DNA of 64,000 nucleotides from Octopus vulgaris (Eukaryota): NCBI GenBank assembly GCA_951406725.2, contig OX597825.1, positions 78,368,001 to 78,432,000 of the forward strand, read 5' to 3'. Shown piece by piece: positions 12,486 to 25,371 of this stretch (position 1 is its first letter; each line of letters starts with the position of its first letter). The notes under the pieces were generated by a model. It saw only the letters and a program-made list of their open reading frames with translations, ran no database searches and was not told where the DNA came from. The position numbers and the translations under genes were made by a program.

Positions 12486-12490
<5 letters not shown>
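9825..12490 (+). mobile_element. R4/Dong-clade non-LTR retrotransposon (RT + zinc knuckle + RLE), 5'-truncated, disrupted
   Basis: [51 protein letters not shown] (YMDD-like), YKYIGVLE, LYLSRRKGGRGL, CAAQEQALRTN, RHDNVA, HRKPDIVV, ALLGTARILRRVL; ends in (TAA)n. Confidence 0.92.
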
Positions 12491-12521
<31 letters not shown>

Positions 12522-12577
12522 CGAAAACAATAATAATTTTCAATTCGATATCACATGGTATATTTAGAGTCATTATA

Positions 12578-12587
12578 TTTATTTATT
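12578..12587 (-). terminator. Candidate polyadenylation signal(s) AATAAA, copy B
   Basis: Overlapping AATAAA hexamers on minus strand ~155 nt after the TAA; copy A has AATAAA at 2583-2588 and 2516-2521. Confidence 0.45.
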
Positions 12588-12739
12588 CAATAAATTTGGG
12601 TTTTGTTTTTTTTTATATATATATTTGTTGTAATTTTCTTTGTAAATTGAAATTGTTTATAAGTTTGTGATTCCGTCGTGTTTTTTTGGGGCGTTTAGGT
12701 CCTGCTTTGATGGTCTCCATTTCCTTTCGAATGCGATCT

Positions 12740-12880
12740 TTACTTCTTCCTCTTCACGCAGGAAATGACGTTCCAGATACATGGGTCGTTCTTCTTGTCA
12801 TCTGATCCATCTGAAGGAAAGGCATCTCGGCTGTCACGCAACAGTCGGTTCATTAAGTCCCTTTTGCGTGTAATCATGAA
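12740..12880 (-). CDS. Exon 2 of allatostatin-C-like prepropeptide, copy B (pro-region + mature C-x6-C peptide)
   Basis: Pyrimidine-rich acceptor tcttttattcatttctacAG|TTC; phase 0 matches exon 1 donor; open frame FMITRKRDLMNRLLRDSRDAFPSDGSDDKKNDPCIWNVISCVKRKK-TAA; basic sites KR, RxxR, KK and C-terminal KRKK flank a CIWNVISC ring resembling AstC (C-x-F-N-[PAV]-[IV]-S-C). Pairing with exon 1 at 37207 is inferred (no nearer exon-2 copy seen). Confidence 0.85.
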   Translation of the reverse strand, partial: FMITRKRDLMNRLLRDSRDAFPSDGSDDKKNDPCIWNVISCVKRKK

Positions 12881-13454
12881 CTGTAGAAATGAATAAAAGA
12901 AGAAAAAAACAAGTGAGCAATTTAGTAAAACTGGAATGAAACACAGAGAAAGGAATTCTTACAACGTAAACAACAAAATTTTTGCTGGTAAAAACAAAAT
13001 ACCTGAAATAAATTGAGAAATTCGGAAGACGGTTTGTCATATTTACAGATGTAAATTTGTGTTTCATGAGCAGCTTTCGACATTTTCCATCCAAGTGTTT
13101 TTTTTCCTTTTTAACCTAATATCTATACCATTGTTTGTAGCTTTATCAACTTGGAATTTTTTACCGTTAAAAAGAATTTGCTTCACATCTCTCGTAGTTT
13201 CTAAATACTTATAACGTAAGCATCATGAAATTCTCGCTGGTAAGAAAGAAGCTTCTAAAATAGATGATGATTCTAAAATAGATGACTGCTTTGGTACAAT
13301 GGCAAGCTGTCTGGCATGTTTAAAGAAGATGTGGGTTCGAGTCCTATGTGAGACTAGGTAGAACATTTATTGTAAAAAAAAAAAAAAGGAAACAACGACT
13401 CAGAATAACGAGTGAATCATTGAGAACAACAAATCGAATATATTGGATTAAAAT

Positions 13455-14550
13455 TTTAAACAAGGCCAGCAATTTTAGGCCACAGGAGAGGGAGTTTACA
13501 TTAACCCCGGTGATTAATGGCTATTTATTTTATCGATCCCGGCGCTCCACTGCTACTTATTTTATCGTAAACCCAAAAGAATGAAAGGCAAAGTCGATAT
13601 CGGCCGAATTTGGACTCAGAATGTAAAGATGGACGAAATATCTCTAAGACGTTGTTGGACGTGCTAACGAGTCTGCTAGCTTCGGCGCTTTAGCAAATTG
13701 TACATATTTGAAGAGATCAAACTTGTATAATATTTGATCCGCGGAAGGCAGCGAGCTGGCAGAATCGTTAGCACGCCGAGCGAAATGCTTTGTGGTATTT
13801 GGTCCGCCGCTGCATTCTAAGTTCAAATTTCGCCGAGGTCGACTTTGCCTTTCATCCTTTCGGGGTCGATAAATTAAGTACCAGTTACGCATCGGGGTCG
13901 ATGTAATCGACTTAATCCGTTTATCTGTCCTTGTTTATCTGTCCTCTCTGTGTTTAGCCCCTTGTGGGTAGTAAAGAAATATGTATTTTGTGTCTTTACG
14001 TTCAGAGTTCAAATTCCGCCGAGGTCGACTTTCCTTTTCGGGGCCGATAAATTAAGTACTAGTTTCGTCATGGAGTCGATCTAATCGACTAGCCACCTCC
14101 TCCCCAAATTTCGGGCTTTGTTTCTAGAGTAGAAATGAATATTTGATGAGTGGTAAGTATAATATTTTTCCCGTCATATTCGGCGCCTTTTACTTACATC
14201 CGCACACTCATATTAGCAACGTTCATCGTACACATTTTACAACAAATAATTCCAGTTGGAAAAAAAACAAATATTCATACACACCAACCAAAATATGATA
14301 ATTATCACAAACTTTATTAAAACACACGTCACCATTACATGACGTTTCAAGGCGGTGAGCTGGCAGAATCATTAGCTTACCGGACGAAATACTTAGCTGT
14401 TCTGAGTTCAAATTTCGCCGAGGTCTACTTTTCCTTTTATTCTCTCGAGGTCGATAAATTAAGTACCAGTGAAACTCTGGGGTCGATGTAATTAACTAGT
14501 CCCCTACCACCAAAAATTTCAGACCTAGTGCCTTTAGTAGAAAGGATTAT
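13455..14550. mobile_element. Cluster of tRNA-derived SINEs (family 1; core gaggtcgactttgcctttcatcctttcggggtcgataaattaagtacc)
   Basis: Copies at ~13455-13690 (-), 13745-14135 (+, internally duplicated), 14349-14548 (+); A-box-like tggcagaa and B-box gagttcaaattcc. Confidence 0.8.
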
Positions 14551-14644
14551 AATATTAATGTTTTGAGCCCTTTAGTTTAAGAAATAATTATTATTATTTA
14601 ATCAAAGTGTTGCTAAAGTCTGAATTTATTGCTGTGATTTTCAA

Positions 14645-14812
14645 GCGCAGGCGTGGCTGTGTGGTAAGTAGCTTGCTTACCAACCACATGGTTCCGGGTT
14701 CAGTCATACTGCGTGGCACCTTGAGCAAGTGTCTTCTGTTCTAGCCTCGGGCCGACCAAAGCCTTGTGAGTGGATTTGGTTGATGGAAATTGAAAGAAGC
14801 CCGTCGTATGTA

Positions 14813-14879
<67 letters not shown>

Positions 14880-15080
14880 CTGTTTTTGTGTTTGTCCCCT
14901 GACCATCACTTGACAACCGAAGCTGGTGTGTATACATCCCCGTAACTTAGCGTTTCAGCAAAAGTGACCGATAGAATAAATACTAGACTTACAAAGAATA
15001 AGTGCTGGGGGTCGATTTGTTCGACTAAAAGGTGGTGCTCCAGCATGGCCGCAATCAAATGATTGAAACAATTAGAAGGA
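14645..15080 (+). mobile_element. tRNA-derived CORE-type SINE (family 2, Octopus OR-like)
   Basis: gcgcaggcgtggctgtgtggtaagtagc...ggttcagtc...gcaccttgagcaagtgtc, internal (TA)n(TG)n, 3' part ...gtgctccagcatggccgc. Confidence 0.8.
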
Positions 15081-15384
15081 AAAAGTTCTAAGTTACTAGA
15101 AATGAGGAAAAATTGAATATTGTGAAATTTTACCGATTTTTTAAAACACGGGATTTTTGTTTGTGTATAATTTGGATGGACTTAAATTCTGTCATTAATT
15201 TTTGCTTATTGGAAACGCTTCGTCCTATTAACACGAAGACATCTTGTTTGCAGAAACACAGTCGTGTCCGGAAAGGTTTGTTCTATTCTATTTATTCTGA
15301 CTACTCCCACAAACACACAAACACACACACACACACACACATGCGAGTGTATGTATGTATTTATGTCTGTGTGTGCGCATATGT

Positions 15385-15423
<39 letters not shown>

Positions 15424-15687
15424 TGTGTGTGTGTATTTATAGTAGGGAACATCGAGTCCCTCTCCTCCTTCATAATATTGTCGTGTGTCAATGATAGAAA
15501 TCAATATGAGTATTTGAAATTTCTTTCTTTATATATTTATTTATTCACCCCCCCCCCCACACACTTGCCCTCTCATTATCTTTCTCTCTCTCTCTCAATC
15601 TCTCTCTCTCTCCCTCCGGCTATTTTCCTTGTTTTGTTGTCTTATTTTCTTTCTCATACGATTCCAGAAACTAATGAATTTATTGCA

Positions 15688-15739
<52 letters not shown>

Positions 15740-16389
15740 CATTATTATTATTGTTGTTGTTGTTGTTGTTGTTATTATTGTTTGTGCAGAGGCGGCACCA
15801 TAGCCAATGATGATTATCCAAGGAGCGGTTATGGCAAGTTGAAATTAATATTGTTAACATTATTATTAACATTACTATTTAAATAGAGAGAAATTAGTTT
15901 CCATCATCATCGACATCCTCCTCCTCCTCCTCCTCCTCATCATCATCATCATCATCATCACCATCATGATCTTTATCATCATCATCATCACGACGACGAC
16001 GACCACCACCACCACCACCACAACCATCATCATCATCGTCATCATCATCAGCACTACCACTAAAATTTCAATAATAAACCCTCGTTTAATCACTTGCCTA
16101 AGTAATCAAAGTTCGTTGATACACGTCGTAAACACGCCATTGAACTATAATGCATCTTGCTTAGTCGCCTGTTTATATTTTGTTTTCGTTTCGTTTACTT
16201 TTAGTTTTGCTTTTCGTTACACCGTTTTGCTTCTTTCATCTAATGAGGAATTCAAAAGAGGACCTTTGCGTGTTGTTTATAGATTTCGTTTTCTGTTTTC
16301 CCTTCTTTTAATTTCCCCGTGTACATTATTAAAAACGAATAGGTTACGCGTTTCCTTTCGGCTTTGATGAAAACAATAAATAATAATAA

Positions 16390-18200
16390 TTCTTTCTACT
16401 GGAAGCACAAGGCCTCAAATTTTGGGGAAGGGATTAAGTCGATTACATCGACCCCAGTGCGTAACTGGTACTTATTCAATCGACCCCGAAAGGATGAAAG
16501 GCAGAGTTGACCTCGTCGGAATTTGAACTCAGAACGTAAAGACAGACGAAATACCTATTTCTTTATTACCCACAAGGGGCTAAACACAGAGGGGACAAAC
16601 AAGGACAGATATAGGTATTAAGTCGATTACATCGACCCCAGTGCGTAACTGGTACTTATTCAATCGACCCCGAAAGGATGAAAGGTAGAGTTGACCTCGT
16701 CGGAATTTGAACTCAGAACGTAAAGACAGACGAAATACCTATTTCTTTATTACCCACAAGGGGCTAAACATAGAGGGGACAAACAAGGACAGACATAGGT
16801 ATTAAGTCGATTACATCGACCCCAGTGTGTAACTGGTACTTATTCAATCGACCCCGAAAGGATGAAAGGCAGAGTTGACCTCGTCGGAATTTGAACTCAG
16901 AACGTAAAGACAAACGAAATACCGTAAGCATTTCGCCCGGCGTGCTAACGATTATTTTCTACTCTAGGTATAGGTCCCCAAATTTTGGGGAAGAAGGCCA
17001 GACGATTAGATCGACTCCAGTACGCAACTGGTACTTAATTTATCAACTCCGGAAGAATGAACGGCAAAGTTGACCTCGACAGAATTTGAACTCAGAACAT
17101 AGCGGCAGACGAAATACCACTAAGCGTTTCGCCCACCGTGCTAATGATTCTGCCAGCTCGCTGCCTTACAACAATAAATAATAATAAAATAATCCTTTCT
17201 ACTCTAAGGTAGAAGTCTTGAAATTTAGGGGAGGGGGATAGTCAATTACATCGATCCCCAGTGTTTCACTGGTACTTAATTTATCAACCACGAAAGGATA
17301 CAAGGAAAAGTCGACCTCGGCGAAATTTGAACTCAGAACGTAAAGACAGACGAAATTTTGCTAAGTATTTCGTCCGGCGTGCTAACGATTCTACCAGCTT
17401 GCCGCCTTACAACAATAAATGATAGTAAAATAATTAAAAAAAAAAAACAATATTGATTCTTCAATAGGAACAAAGCCTGAAAATTGACTGGTGCTTATTT
17501 TATCGATTCCGATTGGACGAAAGGCAACGTCAACTCCGAATGAAGCGACTTCTTCGAACACGTTAAGGATTCTGCCAGAGCGGTACCTTAATAATAATAA
17601 TATTAATCATTTCTACTATAGGCACAAGGCCTGAAAAATTAGAGGAGACTAGTCGACTACATTGACCCCAGTGCACAACTGGTACTTATTTCATCGGCTC
17701 TGAAAGGATGAAAGACAAAGTCTACCCGAATTGGAATTTGAAATCACAATGTAAAGCTGAATGAGATGCCTTTCTCCAACACGTGAACGATTCTGTCAGC
17801 GCGTTACCTTAATAACAATAATAATGATTTCAAAGTTTGGCACAAGGCCAGCAATTTAGGGGAGGGGCTAAGTTGATTACATCGACCCCCAGTACTCAAC
17901 AGACTAAATACATATTTCTTTATTATCCACAAGGGATTAAACACAGAGGGGACAAACAAGGACAGACATAGGTATTAAGTCGATTACATCGACCCCAGTG
18001 CGTAAATGGTACTTAATTTATCGACCCCGAAAGGATGAAAGGCAAAGTCGACCTCGGCGGAATTTGAACTCACAACGTAACGACAGACGAAATACCTCTA
18101 AGCATTTTTCCCGGCGAGTTAACGATTCTGCCAGCACACCGCTTTAATAATAATAATAGTATTAACCCTTTCTATTATTGGCACAAAGCCTGAAATTGTG
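16390..18200 (-). mobile_element. Head-to-tail cluster of ~8 family-1 SINE copies incl. a 184-bp tandem triplication
   Basis: Units starting attaagtcgattacatcgacc at 16433, 16617, 16801; further minus-strand copies ending ~17168, 17408, 17590, 17810, 18145, separated by short (AAT)n. Confidence 0.88.
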
Positions 18201-18919
18201 GTGGTGGTGGTGGTGGTGGTGGTGGTGGTGGGGAACTAATCGAAGGAACTAAAAGAGTAAAAGAGTAAACTGCTAAGTTACGAAACGTAACCCTACGAAC
18301 ACCGATTGTCAAAACACACACACACGCACACACACACACACACACAAATGTACATACGTACATACATACATACATACATACACATACCAGCCCATTGGGA
18401 TTATTCTCTTTCTGTTATTGGAAAGAAGCGTGGGAAATAAGGACAAGGAAACAATTAAAAAAAAACAAACAAATTCTCTGTAAACATTTAATAATAGATA
18501 CTATTGATAATGATATTGCTAAAACTGAAAACAGACGCTTGTTTCGGGATAATGTACTTCCTCAGGGCAAAAAAAATTATATTACATTCGGTTTGTGCTG
18601 GCATGTAAATAAATAAAGGGAATATTAACTAGTTATGTGTAATGCGAAAATAGAAGTCGAAAGAATTTTTTTCCCTTCGCCAGTAACATGGAAGTGTCGC
18701 TCAGCAATTAAAATATTACGTTAGCTTCCATCTAGGCAATTTCCATCTTGTGCTTCTCGGTTTTAATTGAGCCGTTCTGTATAGGATTTTGAGAAACTCC
18801 TTGTTCTATGTTAGATTTCTGGAACAAAAAACGCGCATTCCGCAGCGTAGTTCCAAATTCAGCAACAAGATATTGATGGAAATTCCCTCCAAGTGGAATC
18901 CAATCCCAACGTAGAATTA

Positions 18920-18981
18920 TACATACATACATGCATACATACATACATACATACATACATACATACACACACACACATACA

Positions 18982-19015
<34 letters not shown>

Positions 19016-19046
19016 CATACATACATACATGCATACATACATGCAT

Positions 19047-19077
<31 letters not shown>

Positions 19078-19189
19078 TACATACATATATACATCCATAC
19101 ATACATACATACTTACATACATACATACACACATACATACATACATACATACATACATACATACATACATACATACATACATACTTATA

Positions 19190-19223
<34 letters not shown>

Positions 19224-19245
19224 CATACATACATACATACATACG
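18920..19245. repeat. (TACA)n microsatellite
   Basis: Seen directly; representative of many (TA)n, (CA)n, (TACA)n, (GATA)n, (AAT)n, (GAA)n tracts across the window. Confidence 0.95.
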
Positions 19246-19318
19246 TATATATTGTTGGCATAATTAGAATTTTGGCAACCGTGAAAGTCAAATCATATAA
19301 GCCATTAAATAAAAACTC

Positions 19319-19387
<69 letters not shown>

Positions 19388-19599
19388 TATAACAACAACA
19401 ACAACAATAATAATAATGATAATTATTATTATTATTGTCATTATCTATATTTGATTGTTATTTATTCATTTTTTTTATTTAAATGCCTGCACATATAGAA
19501 TGTAATGAGAATTTCCTGTCCTGAAGAAATACATTATGGTGAAATAAACCTCTTAATTGCTTCGGGTTTCAACGTTTCCAACCAGATGTATATATATAT

Positions 19600-19845
19600 A
19601 TATATAAACATCAGGGACAACTGATGAAGGGGAATGTTCTTTATGTTGCTGGTCTCGTTTCTCTGTTTTTTTTTCGATTTTCGAAAAAAGTTCGTTTTCT
19701 ATGTTTTTGTTTTTATGTTTTCGTTTTTCATTATGATCAACGTTTTTATTTTGATATCCTGTACCCATATATGCATGTATATATACATATATATGTAGGT
19801 ATGTACATATATGTATGTATATACGTATATAATTATATATTATAT

Positions 19846-19914
<69 letters not shown>

Positions 19915-20038
19915 TTTCTCTCCCTATTTATTTTCTCATGGCTCGAAACGTAAAATATTTTCTTACTTTCCCGAACGTTAAACTAATACACCTGTTTGTT
20001 GTTTACACACTTCGTCTTTTGTTTTCTTTGTAAATTCC

Positions 20039-20040
<2 letters not shown>
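19600..20040 (+). mobile_element. Penelope-like terminal repeat fragments; related copy ~56570-56760
   Basis: cagggacaactgatgaaggggaat...gttcgttt...tcctgtacccatatatgcat shared with 56572-56745; ctcatggctcgaaacgtaaa segment after (TA)n. Confidence 0.5.
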
Positions 20041-20117
<77 letters not shown>

Positions 20118-20159
20118 GATGGATGGATGATAGACGGAAACATATATGCATACATACAT

Positions 20160-20690
20160 ACATCATAAGCAGGCAGTTGTCCGATATGTCATCACGGTAT
20201 TATCTACCGATGAGACATGATGCTGTAGCTCTGCCACTCTATAATGAACTCCGTCGGAAAGATAATTCCGAGGACAAAGAAATAAGAACCCATAGTATGG
20301 TAGAAGCCATAGCTACTCACAATAAAAAGATGTACTGGTGGAATGACCCAGTGAAGACTTCAATAAAATTTAAGCACAACAGACCTGATATAATGATTTA
20401 GGATGGAGAAGAGAAACTGTGCAGTTGTGGAAATTAGCTGCCCAGCGGATGTTAATAAAGCTGAAGATTAGTGAAAAAGTGAGAAATCTGTAGTTACTCC
20501 ATCTAGATTACAAAATCAAGTTTATACCCTGGGATATGTAACACACTGCCTAAATACCAATCTTGAGAAATTAAGCTTCAGAAAGCCAGAAAGGAGAAAG
20601 CTACAAATCCAGTCCATCACTGGAACTGTAAGAAGCTGTAAAACTTTCCAGAAGTTTATCATTTAAACATATATGAGCATGTCTAGATAT
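20160..20690 (+). mobile_element. R4/Dong-like RLE 3' fragment (distinct family) flanked by (CATA)n
   Basis: MRHDAVA, KHNRPDIMI, VEISCPAD, IQSITGTVR motifs; (CATA)n on both sides. Confidence 0.75.
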
Positions 20691-21257
20691 GCAACTCTAT
20701 GCATGAGAATACATACATAAAGCATACAAATCTGCACATATACATACATACATACATACATGCATACATGCATATATACATACATACATACATACATACA
20801 TACATACATACATACATACATACATACATACATACATACGTACGTACGTACAAAAATACCCTGTTGTTGATGTTGACATTCCAGTGAAGGGGCATTGGAT
20901 CAAGGTTAGAAACCGGTTCTTTCTCTATTGGAAAAAATCTTGAATTAAGCTGAATAATGACATACAAACGTAAATGAACCGATGCACGCATCAATAAGAA
21001 GTAACATAATCCCTGATCTTTTCAATAGCCAATAATTACTAATCGATATTGGAATATTCTAAGCAGAGGAGCAAAGGAACAAAATATATACACATTAAAA
21101 TGGAGGAGTTTTGTTGAAGCATTGAATGATAGAAATATACGATAACACTACAAATTTGATTTTTTTTCTCTCTCTGAAGTTTGCTTTACGTCTCGCATTG
21201 TTCCGGCCTTACACAAATCTTTTTTGAAATACATGTATGCGTACATACATACATACA

Positions 21258-21288
<31 letters not shown>

Positions 21289-21316
21289 GTAAATATATAT
21301 ATATATATATATATAA

Positions 21317-21359
<43 letters not shown>

Positions 21360-21641
21360 CACATATACATATATATACACTTATATACATACACACACAC
21401 ACACATATATATATATATACATATACATATATATATACACATATATACATTTATATATATAATTATATATATATATGTATATATATATAATTATATATAT
21501 ATATATATATACTTGTATAAATATATGTAAATATATATATGTATACCAGTAAATATATATAGATATGTGTATCTCTGTGTGTATGTATGCAAGCATGTAT
21601 ATAGCTATAGATATAGATAGACACACACACATATACATATA

Positions 21642-21725
<84 letters not shown>

Positions 21726-22077
21726 AATATACATATGTATACCAGTAAATATATATAGATATGTGTGTGTATCTGTGTGTGTGTGTGTATGCATGTATGT
21801 ATGTATATATAGATATAGATACAGACATACACACACACACACACGCATGTATATAAGATGAGGGGAAATTTTCCCACATCACTGAATACATGAAAGAAAT
21901 GTCTATAATCAGAAAACGGTGCGTGTGATAAATGATAAATGCAAGCTTAGTTTTCAACCTTAGACATTATATTTCTATATTATATATCTCACGTACCCGT
22001 TGTGAGAAATCCCCATTTTCTAGTCCTATGACATTAAACTCGATAAGAAGTCGCGTAGTAGCAGTAGCAGCAGCAGC

Positions 22078-22135
<58 letters not shown>

Positions 22136-22370
22136 ATGGGGGTTAGGAATTTTTGGCAAATCTTTCCGACGTCGGTGTCGTTGACACAGTATTTCGATGG
22201 GTTCACACGCCAAAAAAAAAAAAAAAGTGGGGTGGAAATGGTCCTATATTAGGGGCCCACATAAATTCGTACGGTTCCCCAGCCCTACCACCACCACCAC
22301 CACTCTTGTTCATTTTAATCATTTCCAATGCTATCTGAAATATTTTCCTCGTCCTGTTTTATAGCCCCTA

Positions 22371-22403
<33 letters not shown>

Positions 22404-22619
22404 CTCTATTCTTTCTGTACAACTTTTGTTCATTGTTTCTGAGATATGAATAAATTTTACTTCTTTTCTGGCGTATAAACAACTGAGTACTAAGTAGGAA
22501 AAAAAAACAAAAACAAAAACCCAAAAAAAGCACAAACGGATTTATCTATTACTATTACCCAGCAGCGCCATAACATACCATGAAGTGGACTGTCGCGCAT
22601 TCGTTAGATAAATATATTG

Positions 22620-22691
<72 letters not shown>

Positions 22692-22735
22692 GACAAACTG
22701 ATTGATAAATAGATAGATAGACAGATAGACAGATA

Positions 22736-22889
<154 letters not shown>

Positions 22890-23149
22890 ATATATATTTG
22901 TTGGCAAAAATAAATTGTACCTGTATTTCAATGGACCAGCCTTGTCACATTCTGTTTCACTTTGAATCTCCCTGAGAACTACGCTAATCGTACGCTTGTC
23001 CGTGGAATGCTCAGCCCTTTGTACGTTAGTTTCAGGAGCAGGCTTTTTCCGTTGATCGGATCAACCGGAACCCTCGTCGTCGTAAATGACGGAGTACCAG
23101 TTAGTTTTGAAGGAATGAAACTCTATCCACGACTTTTGTAGACTCCTCT

Positions 23150-23560
23150 TAGACTGGTAACATTGAAGCCGTTTTTCAGGGTGGTTTTCATAAATGGTGG
23201 AGAGGCAGAAGTTTGTACTGGATGCAAGAATTGCAACACAGAAAGGAACGCAAAAGGAAAAACTAAACTTGCTATCGTCAATTCGGTTCTCTTGTCTCCT
23301 CTGATCAGTGACCAAGTATTTTGGTTGCCGAAAGAGTATGATCGCAAAAACAAGCGGCCGAAACAAAGATCGCTGGAATAACGTTACTGCGCAGCTCAGA
23401 GATCAGAAAGTTACTCCAGGTTGTAACACTACTTCTTGGCATGTAGAGGTCACAGTTTCAATATTAAGAGCATGGGGCATGAATGCCTGAGGAATGAATC
23501 GCTGGACATATTTTATGGGCAAAACCATCTGGCGGGGTAACAGCCATAGCTTTGTTTGAT
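23150..23560 (+). mobile_element. Decayed RTE-like LINE RT C-terminal fragment
   Basis: KTKLAIVNSVLL, QAAETKIAGITLL remnants resemble the RTE KL.IF.SV...QAAEM...RIAG region. Confidence 0.5.
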
Positions 23561-24850
23561 TTTTGCTTCTGGGGGCAGCTAAAACATTTGCTGATGTTTG
23601 TTTCTGATAGACCCCTTTGAAGGACCCTGCCCTCACGATTCACAAAAAAGCAAGTGGGCTATGAAAATATATCAATGTAAGCTTATGTGTGTGACTGACT
23701 TCATATATATTATATATATATATAAATATAGTTTTGTTGATCTAACAAATGGTGTGTTAGTTTATTGTTGACGACATCGCTAGATCGATTCCAAGTAAAG
23801 CAACAGATTATGAAACGCTTGATAGTCCCACGATGGAGTATATCCTGTTTATTATCGCTAGAATAACTCAAGGCGGCGAACTGTTCGAATCATTAGTGCG
23901 TCGTACAAAAAATGCTTAGCGACATTTCATTTGACTCTATGTTCTGAGTTCAAATTCCGCTGAGGTCGACTTTACATTTATCCTTGATAAAACAAATACC
24001 AGTTGAGCACTGGTATAATCAACTAATCCGCCCCCCCCACTTCCCAAAATTTCAAGACTGTTCTTATGGTAGAAACAGTTATTAGTATTACTAGTATATC
24101 GCAAGCTGGCAGGACCATTAGAGCGTTAGACAAAACACTTTGCAGCTTTTCTGACTCATTACCCTCTGGGTTCAAATAGCGCCGAAGTCAGCTTCGATTT
24201 TTATTCTTTCGGGGGATAAAAATTCCTTCAGAAGACATTGGTCAGCCCGGAGCTATAGCAGAAGTTTCTTAGCGAAGGTGCCATGCAGTGGGATTGAACC
24301 CGAAACTACGTGCTTGAAAAGTTAGCTTCTTAACCACACATCCATAACTGTACCTATGGCAACATTGTGAATGTCTTCTATGACAGACAAAATTATGAAT
24401 GACAAAATTCATGACAGACAAAATTATGAATTTTAACACCTTGACCTTTTCGTCACTTTATTTCTGTCAAATACATTGACTATGTTTCAATTAATTTTGA
24501 AACTAATTAATCTTGAAACTAATAAGAATTTAGTAAAAAAAAATTATTATTATTATTATTATCACTCTGGCGTTTGGGACATAAATTAGTATGGAATTTT
24601 AAAGGAAGATTTTAATTCAGATAATTTAAAAACAGAAAGTTTTTTATTATATGATCAGGGGCAAAAAAGGTGCTAAGATTGGCAGAACCTTTAGTGCGTC
24701 GGACAAAATGCCGAGCAGTATTTTTCCCGGTTCTACCGAAGTCAACTTTGCTTTTCTTCCTTCAGAATCGATAAAATAAAATCTCCACCAAAAATTTCTC
24801 GTCTTGTGTTAAAATCAGAAAGAATTATAGAACCATAGATGTTATCGGGT

Positions 24851-25138
24851 GGAGGCACGTGGCCTGGTGGCTAGAGAAGCGGACTCGCGGTCGAGGGATC
24901 GCGGGTTCGAATCTTAAACCGGGCGATGTGTGTGTTTATGAGCGAAGCACCTAGGCTCCACGCGGCACCGGCAGGAGGTAATGGCGAACTTCTGCTGACT
25001 CTTTCGCCACAACTTTCTCTCACTCTTTCCTCCGGCATCTTGCAGCTCACCTGCGACGGACCGGCGTCCCGTCCAGGTGGGAAACCTAAACGCCAAGGAA
25101 ACCGGGAAACCGGCCCTATGAGCCAAGCGTGGCTCGAG
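24851..25138 (+). mobile_element. CpG-rich tRNA-derived SINE (family 3)
   Basis: A-box tggcctggtgg, B-box ggttcgaatc, 3' cctgcgacggaccggcgtcccgtccagg...gaaaccggccctatgagcc. Confidence 0.7.
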
Positions 25139-25170
25139 TTATCAGAGGGATTGCTATCAAAAGGGTTTAT

Positions 25171-25371
25171 TACCGTATTTTCTTGTATACAAGTCGACGT
25201 AGTGTATAGTGTAAACATACAAACAGCTTCTCTATCTTTTCAAACGCTACTGCGTTTCCCGTAGAAGTTTTGGTCCTTCGAAGTCGTCTTGGTGTATAAG
25301 TCGACCTACCTATTTCGTCTGTAAATTTTAGTCAGAAAAATTCGTCTTTTATACCGAAAAAAACCCCGGTA
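25171..25371. mobile_element. pogo/Tigger-like MITE
   Basis: Ends taccgtattttc ... ataccgaaaaaaaccccggta; internal (tat)aagtcgac subrepeats. Confidence 0.55.
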
